This document shows positions 11,918 to 23,045 of a DNA stretch of 36,098 nt, one piece after another (within the stretch, counting starts at the first letter, position 1; each line of letters begins with the position of its first letter). The position numbers and the translations under genes are program-made. Under the pieces are notes generated by a model. The model searched no databases. It saw only the letters and a program-made list of their open reading frames with translations, and had not been told where the DNA came from. Origin of the DNA: Chiloscyllium plagiosum (Eukaryota). The stretch covers positions 6,750,127-6,786,224 of the forward strand of contig NC_057754.1 in the NCBI RefSeq assembly GCF_004010195.1. The letters are read 5' to 3'.

Positions 11918-12136
11918 AGATATGGCACTCGGGCAGGACTCGCCCCCGGCTGGCAGAGGCCATTCTGGCCCTGGCCCGCCTGCTAGCCCTCCTACTCAGC
12001 TCGCCCCATGGCGCCCGCTGCGCTGCCCGCGTCTCCTCCAGCCTCAGTACGTCCCACCACGTCCACCACTTCCACAGCAAGCACTTCTCACTACCTGTGG
12101 CCATTCACCGGTCTGCCGTCTCTGCCCGGGACCACG
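11914..12136 (+). CDS. NRXN2: Neurexin-2 beta-specific first coding exon (signal peptide plus histidine-rich domain); partial CDS
   Basis: Translates to MKIWHSGRTRPRLAEAILALARLLALLLSSPHGARCA-ARVSSSLSTSHHVHHFHSKHFSLPVAIHRSAVSARDH, matching recalled mammalian NRXN2-beta ARVSSSLSTTHHVHHFHSKHGTVPIAINR. It has a hydrophobic signal segment, A at -3 of the ATG, and a phase-1 donor CACG|GTAAGC at 12136/12137, exactly where beta exons join the shared (A)GTTYIF exon. Confidence 0.92.
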
Positions 12137-12344
12137 GTAAGCCCACACCTGCCTTCTCTCTGGTGTTGTTGTTGTAGTATAAACCTTGCCCACAACCCGT
12201 TGTTGTCAGAAAAATATCCGGAGTATCTCTCCTGGGGTTGATGGGGTTTCGCAACCCACCTGGCACCTTCTGCCTCTTCCACGGAAGTGAACAGTGCTGC
12301 CGCACCCAGTCGAATAGCCGGCATTGGCCTCTGCGCTGCTCCTT

Positions 12345-13125
12345 TCTCGTTCAAGGCATTCCAAGGGTGTCAGGCCCTCTATAAGCCTTCCTCTTTCAGG
12401 GCATTCAAGGGGTTAAAGTTATTCCACGTTGCTGTGTCTTTGCCTCCCAGTGTTTCCCTGCTGTTTACTGTGCTGCCTGCCCCAGTCAGATAGCCCAATG
12501 ATCTACAGAAGAGTGTTAGGGCCTTTGTGTTTTAGGGGCATCAAAAAAGTTATTCCAAGTTGTTATCTCTGCCTTCCTGCACTTCTCTGGAATCTTCTGT
12601 GCTGCCTTCTCCAGTCAAATAGCCCAATGGTCTACAGAAGGGTGTTAGGACCTTTGTAGCCCTTTGTGCTTTAGAGACGTCAAAGGGTTAAAGTTATTCC
12701 AAGTTGCTGTGCCTTTTCCTCCCTGTGTTTTCCTGGAATCTGTCGTGCTGCCTGCCCCAGTCGAATATCTAATCAGCATGGACGAGTTGGACCGAAGGGT
12801 CTGTTTCTGTGATCTACATCTCTACGACTCTGATTAGCCCAATGTGCAATACAGTGTCAGGCCCTCTGTAAGCCTTCCTGTTTCAGGGCATTCAAGGGGT
12901 TAACGTTGTCCCAAGTTGTTATCTCTGCCTCCCTGCATTTCCCTGGAATCTATCCCCCAGTTGAATGGCCTCCCCTCCCCATTGCTCAATGCGTTATAAA
13001 AGGGTGTCAGGCCCTCTGTCAGCCTTTTTCTCCGGGCGTTGGAAGGGTTAAAGTTGTCAGCAGCTGCCGTCTTAGCTCCCACGCCTTCCTGGAATCTACT
13101 GTGCTGCCTCCCCAGGTCAAATAGC
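12345..13125 (+). repeat. Degenerate ~135-150 bp tandem repeat, about 5 copies
   Basis: Recurring blocks ggcattcaaggggttaaagttattcc...ctggaatct...gtgctgcctgccccagtcaaatagcccaatg...gggtgtcaggccct. Confidence 0.8.
12768..12833 (+). mobile_element. Very short 5'-truncated CR1 3' tail inserted into one repeat unit
   Basis: cagcatggacgagttggaccgaagggtctgtttctgtg matches the CR1 tail at 21507-21545 and splits the unit motif cagtcgaat|agcccaatg. Confidence 0.85.
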
Positions 13126-14327
13126 CCTTCCCCCCACCCCCCATCATCGCCTAATGAGCCGAAAAAACGTGTTGGTCCCATTCCCACTCTGCTGCGCCCT
13201 CACTCAAGCTCCCAAATCTGCGTCCGTGTATTTGGGAGAGCTACTGCGCTTCTCCCACCAGTTGAATAGCCCTCTGAACCCACCCCCCCCCCGCCCAACC
13301 AAAACCCCCTCCTCTCCCGATGAGTGGATAAATTGTTCTTCCCAACTCCTCCCCCTCCCTGGTTTGAGCTGCCTCTCCCTCCCTCCAGACGTCAGAGGGT
13401 CAGGAGTACAGCACCCCCCCCACCTCGTCAAATGCTTGCATGTGAATCCTGGGGACTTCTCTGCGCCTCCTCACCAGGTTGAATAGTCAGCTCACTGTTA
13501 AGCTAGACAAGGGTGGGTTGGGGTGTGTGGGGGGGAAGTGGGTTGGAATTGAAAGATAATGCTGTTTGAAACAACTACCCCCCCCTCCTCCCAACCCCAC
13601 GTACCCACGCTGGTAGCAACCAGTAAGAAAAATTCCAACCCCCAAGCGATGCCCTCGGGGCATTTGGGGAGGGGTTGGTTTTGGTGGCAGTACCCTTCTC
13701 CTGTGGAGAGGGAAAGCAGAGACATCTGATGGGCCCAACAGCCTCCGACCTGTTAGTTCTGGAAGTAACTGAGTACCGTTTTTGGGAGCAAAACCTTTTC
13801 CAAATGATAACGTCCCCAGGAGGTTGGAAGGCTGTTCTCTGACGTTAGCTCTCTCTTGATGTTCCTGGGGTCATGAGGGGAGGACAGACTAGTGTTTGGG
13901 TTGGGAGGGGCAATAAATATTGGGTGGGATGGCTTTGCACTTTCGAAGGGCTGTATGGGATCTGGTTCCTCCAGCGACAATGAGGACATCATGGTATTTG
14001 GCAAGTGAGCCTTTGCTTTTGACTGGGCCAGTTCCACTTCGAAGTGTGCTGGACCAGTTATTCACCAGTTTTACTGGTCTCGCCGTCTTCAGGGTACGTA
14101 GGAGCATCAACGGGAGTCGAAAAGTCCGGCCTGCGAGCCCCCGCTGAGAGCTGAAACACGGCGGGATTTGGAAATCTGAATCAAGCAGCGAGAGAGGATG
14201 TTGAAATAGTTTGGTCTAGAATGGGCTGAAGAGCCTCTTTCTTGTCTCCCCGCGTGCTGCGCTTCAGAAGCTCAGTGAGCTCTGAGCATGCAGGAGAAAC
14301 TCAGCAGGTCTGGTTGCATCAGTGCCA

Positions 14328-14545
14328 GGAGAGACAGAGAGAGAGAGACAGACAGAGAGAGAGAGACAGAGAGAGGGAGAGAGAGTCAGCACCTTTAGAG
14401 AAGGGATTGAGAGAGAGACAGAGGGAAAGGGAGAGAGACAGAGGGAAAGAGAGAGGGAGAGAGACAGAGTAAGCGAGAGACAGAGCGATAGAGAGACACA
14501 GAGAGAGAGAGAAAGAGACAGAGAGATTGACAGAGAGACAGAGAT
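14328..14545. repeat. GA/GAGACA microsatellite
   Basis: Imperfect (GA)n/(GAGACA)n run. Confidence 0.95.
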
Positions 14546-15869
14546 TGGAATAATATTTTGAGTCCAGTTGAACTGCAGTTTCTGCTGCTCTCTCGGTGTT
14601 GGGTTTAGATTTCCAGTATTTGTGTGCGGAGAGAGAGAGAGAGAGAGACCAGTCTGTTTCTGTCACAGGACTGGTGAACGTTAACTCCCATATGTGTTTC
14701 TCACTCTCTCTGTCTCTCTCTCTCTCTGTAGAAAACAATCAAATTTCCAGGCTGCACCCTCTTTAACTTGAAGAAGCTTTGCAGAGGGGCGCATGGAGAA
14801 TGTTTTGCAAGTGGGAAGGGGCTGATGGTGAGGGAAGGGGTTGGGTGCGGAGAGAAGATGGGATTCGAGACTGATTTGTAACTCTCCCCCTCCCCGCCAC
14901 GTCCCCAAGTCCTCCTGCCCCCTGTATCCCCAGACTGACGGTTCAACAGCAGCCTTTCTGGCTAGACTCGACCAGCCCACCCTCACCACGTTCCCTGGTA
15001 CCCAACATCTGCCTGTTCATTGCCATCCGCCGGTTGCAGCATCTCTGCTTCTGGTCGCATGAGGACATGGCGAGAGGGGAATTGAGCTGGAGGGGGTGTG
15101 GAGGGTGAATGGCAAGAGAGGGCCATTCAGACACCCCCCATAACATTTCATCGGGGCGAGGGGAGTGGAGGGGGAATGGGAGCAGGAAGGCCGCGATCTC
15201 AGAATCTGCAGACGCCCACCCTCCCCCCAATTCCTGTTCCTTCCTCCTTTATCCCCCCCGCCCCATGTACTTTCCCTCACCCGAACACCTCACCGCCCCC
15301 CCCTTTCCCAGCTTCTCCACCCATTCCCTATCCCATCGGATCCTATCCCCTCCAGCTCTCTGTCCCTTGCTGGGTTGTGGAAACTCAGAAGCGTTGGAAC
15401 GCTCCTGCTGAAGATTGGCTGTCTCTCCAAGTGTGCTCATGACGGGGGGGAATTAATTTTTCAGAGGAAGCATTAATATTTATGGGGGATGCAGCGTGTT
15501 CAGTCGAGGCATGAGTAAGCCTGCACAGTCCCTTGGAGGCGGCCAGTTGTTCTCTTTTTGCATCTGAGGTGTTTAGGAAAGGTCGCTCTGACGTACTGAG
15601 GGTTTTATTTGTGTGAGGGCTGTTGGAATGGGAACAGGGAAACGCCAGCACGTTCCCTAGTGCTCAGGCAGTGATGCCCCACGTCTCACACCCCTGCAGT
15701 CCTGAGGACAGTCTGCAGTTTAGATGGCTAGCGAGGCGGGGGTGAATAGATGAGAGATTGCCAGTGGTGCATGTGGGGAATGGGTGGGAGGTAGGAAGAA
15801 TGTCAGGCTTCACAGCACACAGGGATCACAGCCCCAAGGCGACAGATGGTGGAAGAGATCCAAGCAAGG

Positions 15870-16520
15870 CACTGGAGGGTCAATACTGAGGGAGTGCTGC
15901 ACTGTCAGGGGGTCAGTGCTGAGGGAGTGCCGCACTGTCAGAGGGTCAGTACTGAGGGAGTGCAGCACTGTCGGAGGGTCAGTACTGAGGGAGTGCAGCA
16001 CTGTCAGAGGGTCAGTACTGAGGGAGTGCAGCATTGTCAGGGGGTCAGTGCTGAGGGAGTACAGCACTGTCAGGGGATCAGTGCTGAGGGAGTGCCGCAC
16101 TTCGGAGGGTCAGTACTGAGGGAGTGTCGCACTGTCGGAGCGTCAGTACTAAGGGAGTGCAGCACTGTTGGAGGGTCAGTACTGAGGGAGTGCAGCACTA
16201 TCAGAGGGTCAGTACTGAGGGAGTGCAGCACTGTCAGAGGGTCAGTGCTGAGGGCGTGCTGCACTGTCAGGGGATCAGTGATGAGGGAGTGCCGCACTGT
16301 CGGAGGGTCAGTACTGAGGGAGTGCTGCACTGTCAGAGAGTCAGTACTGAGGGAGTGCCGCACTGTCGGAGGGTCAGTACTGATGTAGCGCCGCACTGTC
16401 GGAGGGTCAGTACTGAGGGAGTGCCGCACTGTCAGAGGGTCAGTACTGAGGGAGCGCCACACTGTCGGAGGGTCAGTGCTGAGGGAGCGCCGCACTGTCG
16501 GAGGGTCAGTGCTGAGGGAA
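15870..16520 (+). repeat. 33-bp minisatellite, about 20 copies
   Basis: Unit cactgtcggagggtcagtactgagggagtgccg. Confidence 0.97.
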
Positions 16521-16786
16521 TGCCCACACTCTCATGCAGACATTCCATTGAGGCCCTATCCCCCTTCTTAGGTAGCTGTGAAGGACCTTGTGGAGGGTTG
16601 AGTGTGAAGGGGAATAGGAAGGAGAGTTGGTGCAGTCCCCCTCTGGGCTCCCATGTCCAACAGATATCCATCGGCCACAAAGACGTTAAGGTCAGGATGA
16701 ATCATGGGAATCTGTGGGATCTTGCTGTGTGCCCATTGGCTACTTCCTCTTTGATTGAACTCCCTTGGCTGTCAGAAAATTTGAGA

Positions 16787-16972
16787 TGTGTGCGTGCACG
16801 CATGTGTGTGTGTGCGCACGTGTGTGTGTATGGGCATGTGTGTGTGTTTTTGTGTGTGTGCAAGCGGCGTGAGAGTGTGCGCGCGAGAATGTGTGTGCAT
16901 GAGAGTGTGTATGTGTGGGTGGACGTGTGTGAGTGACTGTGAAGTGTGAGTTCAACTGAGTGCGTGTGCGCG
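16787..16972. repeat. Imperfect (GT)n/(GC) microsatellite
   Basis: Alternating purine-pyrimidine run. Confidence 0.93.
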
Positions 16973-17506
16973 TGGAACGTGAAAGGTGCTACAGAAATGT
17001 AAGTCTTCCTGTCCTTGCTCAATGTGCAGGTGTAGCCATGGTAACTGTCCGTCATTGGGGGGGATGAGTGACTGAGACATGTACCATGCAAATGGGGAGC
17101 GCAAGGTGTCTAACAACACTCCTGACTCTCTGTGTTCATCAGAAAAGAGGGTAATTACTCTACCTTTGTGCTGTTTTGGGTGTGCATTAGATACCTGCAA
17201 GAGGACAGCCCCCATGTGAGATTGACATCAGGGCATTGAAAAGGGCAGTCCACCCCATTTGTCCACGGAGGTCTATCTGTCCCTCTTTGAAGGGAGCAAG
17301 GAGTCTGTCAGACCGTCCTGACGCAGCCTGAGGTTGCCATCACTGTCTGTCCAGCCGTGAGGTGATATTGTGAAGGGCAATGAGTGACTCTTTTCCCCAG
17401 ACAGAGAGAGAGGGATGCAGCACCACACACTGAAAGCATTCCACCATTTTATTCTTGGCCCTCCAAATCACCCTCTCCTCTTCAATACTGGATATAGGGC
17501 TCACGC

Positions 17507-18035
17507 TACACTGTTCCCCCCATCAAACACTCCCAGGGAAAGGGACAGCATGGGGTTAGATACAGAGTCAAGCTACCTCTACACTGTTCCCCATCAAACA
17601 CTCCCAAGGGAGGGGCAACACAGATTTAGATACAGAGTAAAGCTCCCTCTACACTGTCTCCCATCAAACACTCCCCAGGACAGGGACAGCACGGGGTTAG
17701 AAACAGAGGAAAGCTCCCTCTACACTGTCCCCAATCAAACACCCCCCAGGACAGGGACAGCACGGGGTTAGTTACAGAGTAAAGCTCCCTCTACACTGTC
17801 CCCTATCAAACACTCCCCAGGACAGGGACAGCACGGGGTTAGAAACAGAGGAAAGCTCCCTCTACACTGTCCCCCATCAAACACTCCCCAGGACAGCGAC
17901 AGCACAGGGTTAGATACAGAGTAAAGTTCTGTCTACACTGTCCCCCATCAAACACTCCCAGGACAGGGACAGCACAGGGTTAGATACAGAGTAAAGCTGC
18001 CTCTACACTGTCCCCCATCAAACACTCCCAGGACA
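17507..18035 (+). repeat. ~70-bp minisatellite, about 7.5 copies
   Basis: Same unit and orientation as 7050-7550. Confidence 0.95.
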
Positions 18036-18085
18036 GCTGCCTCTACAATTCTAAACTGAACATAAAGCTTCTCTTTTGTAGTGAA

Positions 18086-18497
18086 AGCACTCCCTCAGTA
18101 CTGATCATCCGACACTGTGGCGCTCCCTCAGTACTGACACTCCACCAGTGCAGCACTCCCTCAGTACTGACTCTCTGACAGTGCGGCACCCCCTCAGTAC
18201 TGACCCTCCAACAGTGCAGCACTCCCTCAGTACTGACCCTCCGACAGTGCAGTGCTCCCTCAGTACTGACCCTCCAACAGTGCGGCACCCCCTCAGTACT
18301 GACCCTCCGACAGTGCGGCGCTCCCTCAGAACTGACCCTCCGACAGTGCGGCACTCCCTCAGTACTGACCCTCCGACAGTGCGGCACTCCCTCAGTACTG
18401 ACCCTCCGACAGTGCGGCACTCCCTCAGTACTGACCCTCCGACAGTGCGGCACTCCCTCAGTACTGACCCTCTGACAGTGCGATGCTCCCTCAGTGC
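18086..18497 (-). repeat. 33-bp minisatellite in reverse orientation, about 12 copies
   Basis: Unit on + reads cactccctcagtactgaccctccgacagtgcgg. Confidence 0.96.
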
Positions 18498-19139
18498 CCA
18501 GCATTAGGAAGGCAGTAAATGATTAACAGAGCAAAGCTGAGTGAAGCTGAGGAGGCAGTGATGCGAGGGTGGTTGACTATTTGATCAGCGAACCTTCCCT
18601 TTGTCGTTGTGTTTGAGGTACCATTGTCAAATCACTCCCGCCGGGAATACTCTGTGTTCCACACCAACGCAAACACAGATATCACAGCACTCCAAAATGG
18701 TGTCAGCCCTTGTCAGTGAGTACACTATAGATAGAATGTGCTGGCTCTCTAATTCCCTGGGTGTTCTCTCTCTTTCTAATAATGGCTTTGGGGCTGCGGA
18801 GTGCTAATTGCTCACAGTGACAAGTTGCAGTGTTGTATTCAGTGCGTTCGGCTCATCTGTGGAATTCAAACTGACAATCGCCCCGCCACAACCTGGAGGC
18901 ACTCATCAGCTCCACTGTGAGACATCTCGGGATGAGTTTGCCTTTCCACATGAGGAGTTGGGAACCCATGTTGAGTTCATTACCCCCTCTAACCTGGTCT
19001 GGTCTGCCGCTCCCACTCTGATTGTCACGCTCTCTGACTAATCTTAATTTCCGTCGACCCCCGTCCCCTCCTATAACCTTTCACCATCCACCTTCCCTTC
19101 GCTTGTCAAACCTCTGTCTGTTTCTGGACAGATATATAG

Positions 19140-19872
19140 ATAGAGTCATCAAGATGTCCAGCACAGAAACCAATCCTTCAACCCAACTTGTCCATTCCGA
19201 CCAGATATCCCAACCCAAGCTAGTTCCATTTAGAGTCATGCAGATGTCCAGCACGGAAACAGACCTTTCGGTCCAACTCATCCATGCTGACCAGATACCC
19301 CCACCCACTCTAGTCACATTTGCTAGCATTTGGCCCATATCCCTCTAAATCCTTCCTATTCATCTACCCATCCAGATGCCTTTTAAATGCTGTCATTGTA
19401 CCAACCTCCACTACTTCCTCTGGCAGCTCATTCCATACACATCACCACCCTCTGTGTGAAAAATTTGCCCCTTAGGTCCCTTTTATAACTTTCCCCTCTC
19501 ACCTTAAACCCATGCCCTCTAGTTCTGGACTCCCCCACCCCAGGGAAAAGACCTTATCTATTTACTCTATCCATACCCCTCATGATTTTGTAAACCTCTA
19601 TAAAGTCACCCCTCAGCCTCCGATGCTCCAGGGAAAACAGCCCCAGCCTATTAAGCCTCTCCCTATAGTTCAAACCCTCCAACCCTGGCAACATGCTTTT
19701 CTGAACCCTTTCAAATTTAACAATATCCATCCTACAGCAGAGAGACCGGAATTGAGTGCAGTATTCCAAAAGTGGCCTAATCAATGTCCTGTACAGCTGC
19801 AACAGGACCTCCCAACTCCTGTACTCAATACACCGACCAATAAAGGAAAGCATACCAAACACCTTCTTCACT
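19140..19872 (-). mobile_element. CR1 LINE 3' fragment plus an extra stacked 3' tail
   Basis: Minus ORF KKVFGMLSFIGRCIEYRSWEVLLQLYRTLIRPLLEYCTQF...LRGDFIEVYKIMRG. Two tails begin tagagtcat at 19141 and 19231. Confidence 0.93.
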
Positions 19873-20084
19873 GTCCTGTCCTGTCCTGTGTCTTACATAG
19901 TTTGGTTCACACCACTGACACCATGTGCTGTCAAGGGGCATAGGGGAGGTGGTCCTTTGGCAGGCGACTTTTTAATATATATTAACAGTTCTTTAAACTG
20001 TGTGTTGTTTATAATGTGAAATAAAAGAGGGCTGTCTCTCTGTTGGCTCTGGTGTCATACCACTTGAAATTGGCGTGATCTCAT

Positions 20085-20572
20085 TGAGTCAGAGAGATGT
20101 ACAGCATGGAAACAGACCCTTCGGTCCAACCCGTCCATGCTGACCAGTTATCCCAACCCAATCTCGTCCCACCTGCCAGCACCCGGCCCATATCTCTCGA
20201 AACCCTTCCTATTCACATACCCATCCAGATGCCTTTTAAATGTTCTCATTGTACCAGCCTCTACCACCTCCTCTGTCATAGAGCTGTACAGTGCAGAAAC
20301 AGACCCTTCGGTCCAACTGGTCCATGATATCCTCAACTAACACTATCCCATTTTCCAGTGCTAGACCCATATCCCATTAAGGAACTTGATGTTTCGGCCC
20401 AGAGCCCTTCATTAGGATCCTGATGAAGGACTTATGCCCAAAACGTATATTCTCCCGCTCCTCGGAGGCTGGCTGACCTGCTGTGCTTTTCCAGCATCAC
20501 ACCCTCGACTCTGATCTCCAGCATCTGTAGTCCTCACTGTCTCCATATCCCTATAAACCCCTTCCATTCATG
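20085..20572 (-). mobile_element. Two stacked CR1 3' tails, the second interrupted by a Penelope-type insert
   Basis: acagacccttcggtccaac occurs at about 20112 and 20299. CR1 sequence resumes at 20545 (atatccctataaacccc). Confidence 0.88.
20376..20544 (+). mobile_element. Penelope-like terminal-repeat fragment with a 5' inversion and decayed hammerhead cores
   Basis: gtttcggcccagagcccttcattagga|tcctgatgaaggacttatgcccaaaac is an inverted repeat. The body is shared with 23743-23870 and 32428-32543, and it is flanked by the direct repeat (cc)atatccc. Confidence 0.75.
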
Positions 20573-20647
20573 TTGACTGACTGTGTGCATTTCTCATGCT
20601 CACCCCTTTGCGCTCCTTTGTCTAAGGGTGTTCGCTTGGTGTGATAC

Positions 20648-20812
20648 ACCCTTCCAACCGATCTATATCCTGCTGTATCCTCTGACAAACCTCCTCACTC
20701 TCCGCAACCCCACCAATCTTTGTATCATCTGCAAACTTACTAATTAGACTAGCTATGTTTTCCTCCAAACTATTTATGTCGATCCCGAACAGCAGAGGTC
20801 CCAGCACTGATG
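20648..20812 (-). mobile_element. CR1 RT core fragment
   Basis: SVLGPLLF...ISKFADDTKIGGVAESEEVCQRIQQDIDRL. Confidence 0.9.
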
Positions 20813-21034
20813 GGACCAGTTTCTATGGCAGCCATTTTGTGGATAACTCGCTCCCAATGCAGTAACGTGATAAAAGACTGGGGTTTAGATTTGACTGTCA
20901 CATATCCTCAAGTACAGGAGTACGGTGAAAAGTGTAGAATGTCACCGTACGCAGCGCCATTTTTGGTGTTAAGGTATCCAGGTATCAGAAAAGGTAGGCC
21001 AAAGATACCAAAATGTTAAGCCTCACAGACTAGC

Positions 21035-21555
21035 ATGGTACAGTTTGCTTGTCATCCTAATACAGAGAGGATTTTATTCAACTTGAAAGGATTCAAAAAA
21101 GATTTACAAGGATGCTGCCAGGGTTGGAGGGTTTGAGCTACAGGGAGAGGCTGAATAGACTGGGGCTGTTTTCCCTGGAGCGTCAGAGGCTGAGGGGTGA
21201 CTTTATAGAGGCTTATAAAATCATGAGGGAGCATGGCCAGGGTAAATAGACAAAATCTTTCCCTCTGGGGTGGGAGAGTCCAGAACTAGAGGGCATAGGT
21301 TTAAGTGGGAGGGGAAAGATATAAAAGGAACCTAAGGGGCAACCTTTTCACACAGAGGGTGGTACGTGTATGGAATGAATTGCCAGAGGAAGTGATGGAG
21401 GCTGGTACAATGACAACATTTAAAAGGCATCTGGATGGGGACATGAATAGAGGGATGTGGGCCAAGTGCTGGCAAATGGGACTAGATTATGTTAGGATAT
21501 CTGGTTGGCATGGACGAGTTGGACCAAAGGGTCTGTTTCTGTGCTGTATGATTCT
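21035..21555 (+). mobile_element. CR1 LINE 3' fragment
   Basis: RLGLFSLERQRLRGDFIEAYKIMR and FTQRVVRVWNELPEEV, then the 3' tail. Confidence 0.92.
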
Positions 21556-21594
21556 AAACGTAGAAAAATAAAGAAAGACGTTAATACTTGGCCA

Positions 21595-23045
21595 GAGGTG
21601 CGGTCCCAGCTGGACTGGAGAATAGCCAATGTTGTCCCAATGTTTAAGAAGGGTATCAGGGATAATCCAGGGAATGACAGTCCCATCAGCCCCACGTCGG
21701 TGGTAGGGAAATTATTGGAAAGGATTCTCAGGTACGAGATCTATGAGCATTTTGGAGCGAATGGACCGATTAGCGATAGACAGCCTGGATCTGTGTGGGG
21801 GAGGTGGTGCCTCACTAACTTGATGGAGGTTTGTGAGGAGGTGATGAAGATGATTGAGGGAAAAGCGGTTGATATTGTCCACATGGACTTCAGTAAAGCC
21901 TCTGACAAGGTCCCTCATGGCAGACTGGTACAAAAGGTGAAGTCACATGGTATCAGGGGTGAGATGGCAAGATGGAGACAGAACTGGCTTAGTCAGAGGA
22001 GGCAGAGGGTAGCGAGGAAAGGATGCTTTTCGGAATGGAGGGCTGTGACTAGTGGTGTTCCACAGAGATCAGTGCTGGGACCTCTGCTGTTCATGATCTA
22101 CATAATGATTTGGTGTAAAACGTAGCTGGTCTAGTTAGTAAGTTTACAGATGATACAAAGATTAGTGGGGTTGCATAGAGTGAGGAGGATTGTCAGAGGA
22201 TACAGCAGGATATAGATCAGCTGGAGGCACAGGCAGGAAGGTGGCAGATGGAGTTTAATCTGGAAAAATGTGAGGTTTGGAAGGTCAAGTACAGGTGGAA
22301 ATTATACAGTGAATGGCAGAACCCCTTGGAGTATTGATATGCAGAGGGATCTGGGTGTGCAGGCCCACAGATCACTGAGGGGGGACAGCGCAGTAGACAA
22401 GGGAGTGAAAAAGGCCAATGGCATGCTGACCTTCATTGGGACGGGCATCGAGTATAAGGATGGACAAGTTATGCTGCAGCTTGATAGAGCTTTGGTTTGG
22501 CCACACTTGGAATATTGTGTGCAGTTCTGGTTACCACACTACCTGAAGGAAGTGGATGCTTTGGAGAGGGTACGGAAAAGGTTTACCAGGATGTGGCCTG
22601 GTCTGGGGGACTTTAGTGATGAAGGAAGGTCAGATAGACGGGGTTTGCTTTCACTGGAAGGTGGAGGGGCAACCTGACAGAGGTTTATAAGATTGTGAAA
22701 GGCAATGGATAGAGGCTTTTTCCCAGGGTGGAGGGGTCAGTTACCAGGGGATACAGGTTCAAGGTTGGCTGGAGGTGGGGGTGGGGATGGAGTTTAAAAG
22801 AGATGTACGAGGCATATTTTTCACACACAGGGTGGTGAGTGCCTGAAACATGCTGCCAGAGGAGAGGGTGGAAGCAGATATAATAGCGGCATTCCAGAAG
22901 CACCCGGACAAATACAGGACTAGGAAGGGAATAGAGGGATAGGAATCCTGTAAGTGAAGACAGTTTCAGTATGAAAGGGCAAAATGTGTCAGTACACGCT
23001 TGGCGGGCCGAAGGGGCTGTGGCTGTGCTGTATTGTTCTCCGCTC
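21595..23045 (+). mobile_element. CR1 LINE ORF2 (RT) pseudogenic fragment through the 3' tail
   Basis: WRIANVVPMFKKGIRDNPGN...MDFSKASDKVPHGRL...SGVPQRSVLGPLLF, tttacagatgatacaaag (FTDDTK), HLEYCVQFW. Contains frameshifts and stops. Confidence 0.95.

Larger units (their letters stand above)
15850..17010 (+). mobile_element. Decayed DeuSINE (SacSINE1/AmnSINE1-like) with an internal tandem expansion and a GT-microsatellite insertion
   Basis: After the 33-bp array, atgcagacattccattgaggccctatcccccttcttaggtagctgtgaaggacc resembles the recalled Deu domain (ggatgagacgttaaaccgaggccccgtctgccctctcaggtggacgtaaaagatcc). It is followed by tgtgggatcttgctgtgtg and the L2-type tail cgtgaaaggtgctacagaaatgtaagtctt. 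Confidence 0.6.

Noticed and set aside
12137..12177. ORF read-through giving an 87-aa secreted peptide ending GKPTPAFSLVLLL
   Set aside because: Homology stops exactly at a strong GTAAGC donor, so the extension is intronic. There is no evidence of intron retention.
21505..22677. Possible active reverse transcriptase gene
   Set aside because: It is a 5'-truncated CR1 with stops, frameshifts and an altered catalytic-motif region, so non-functional.
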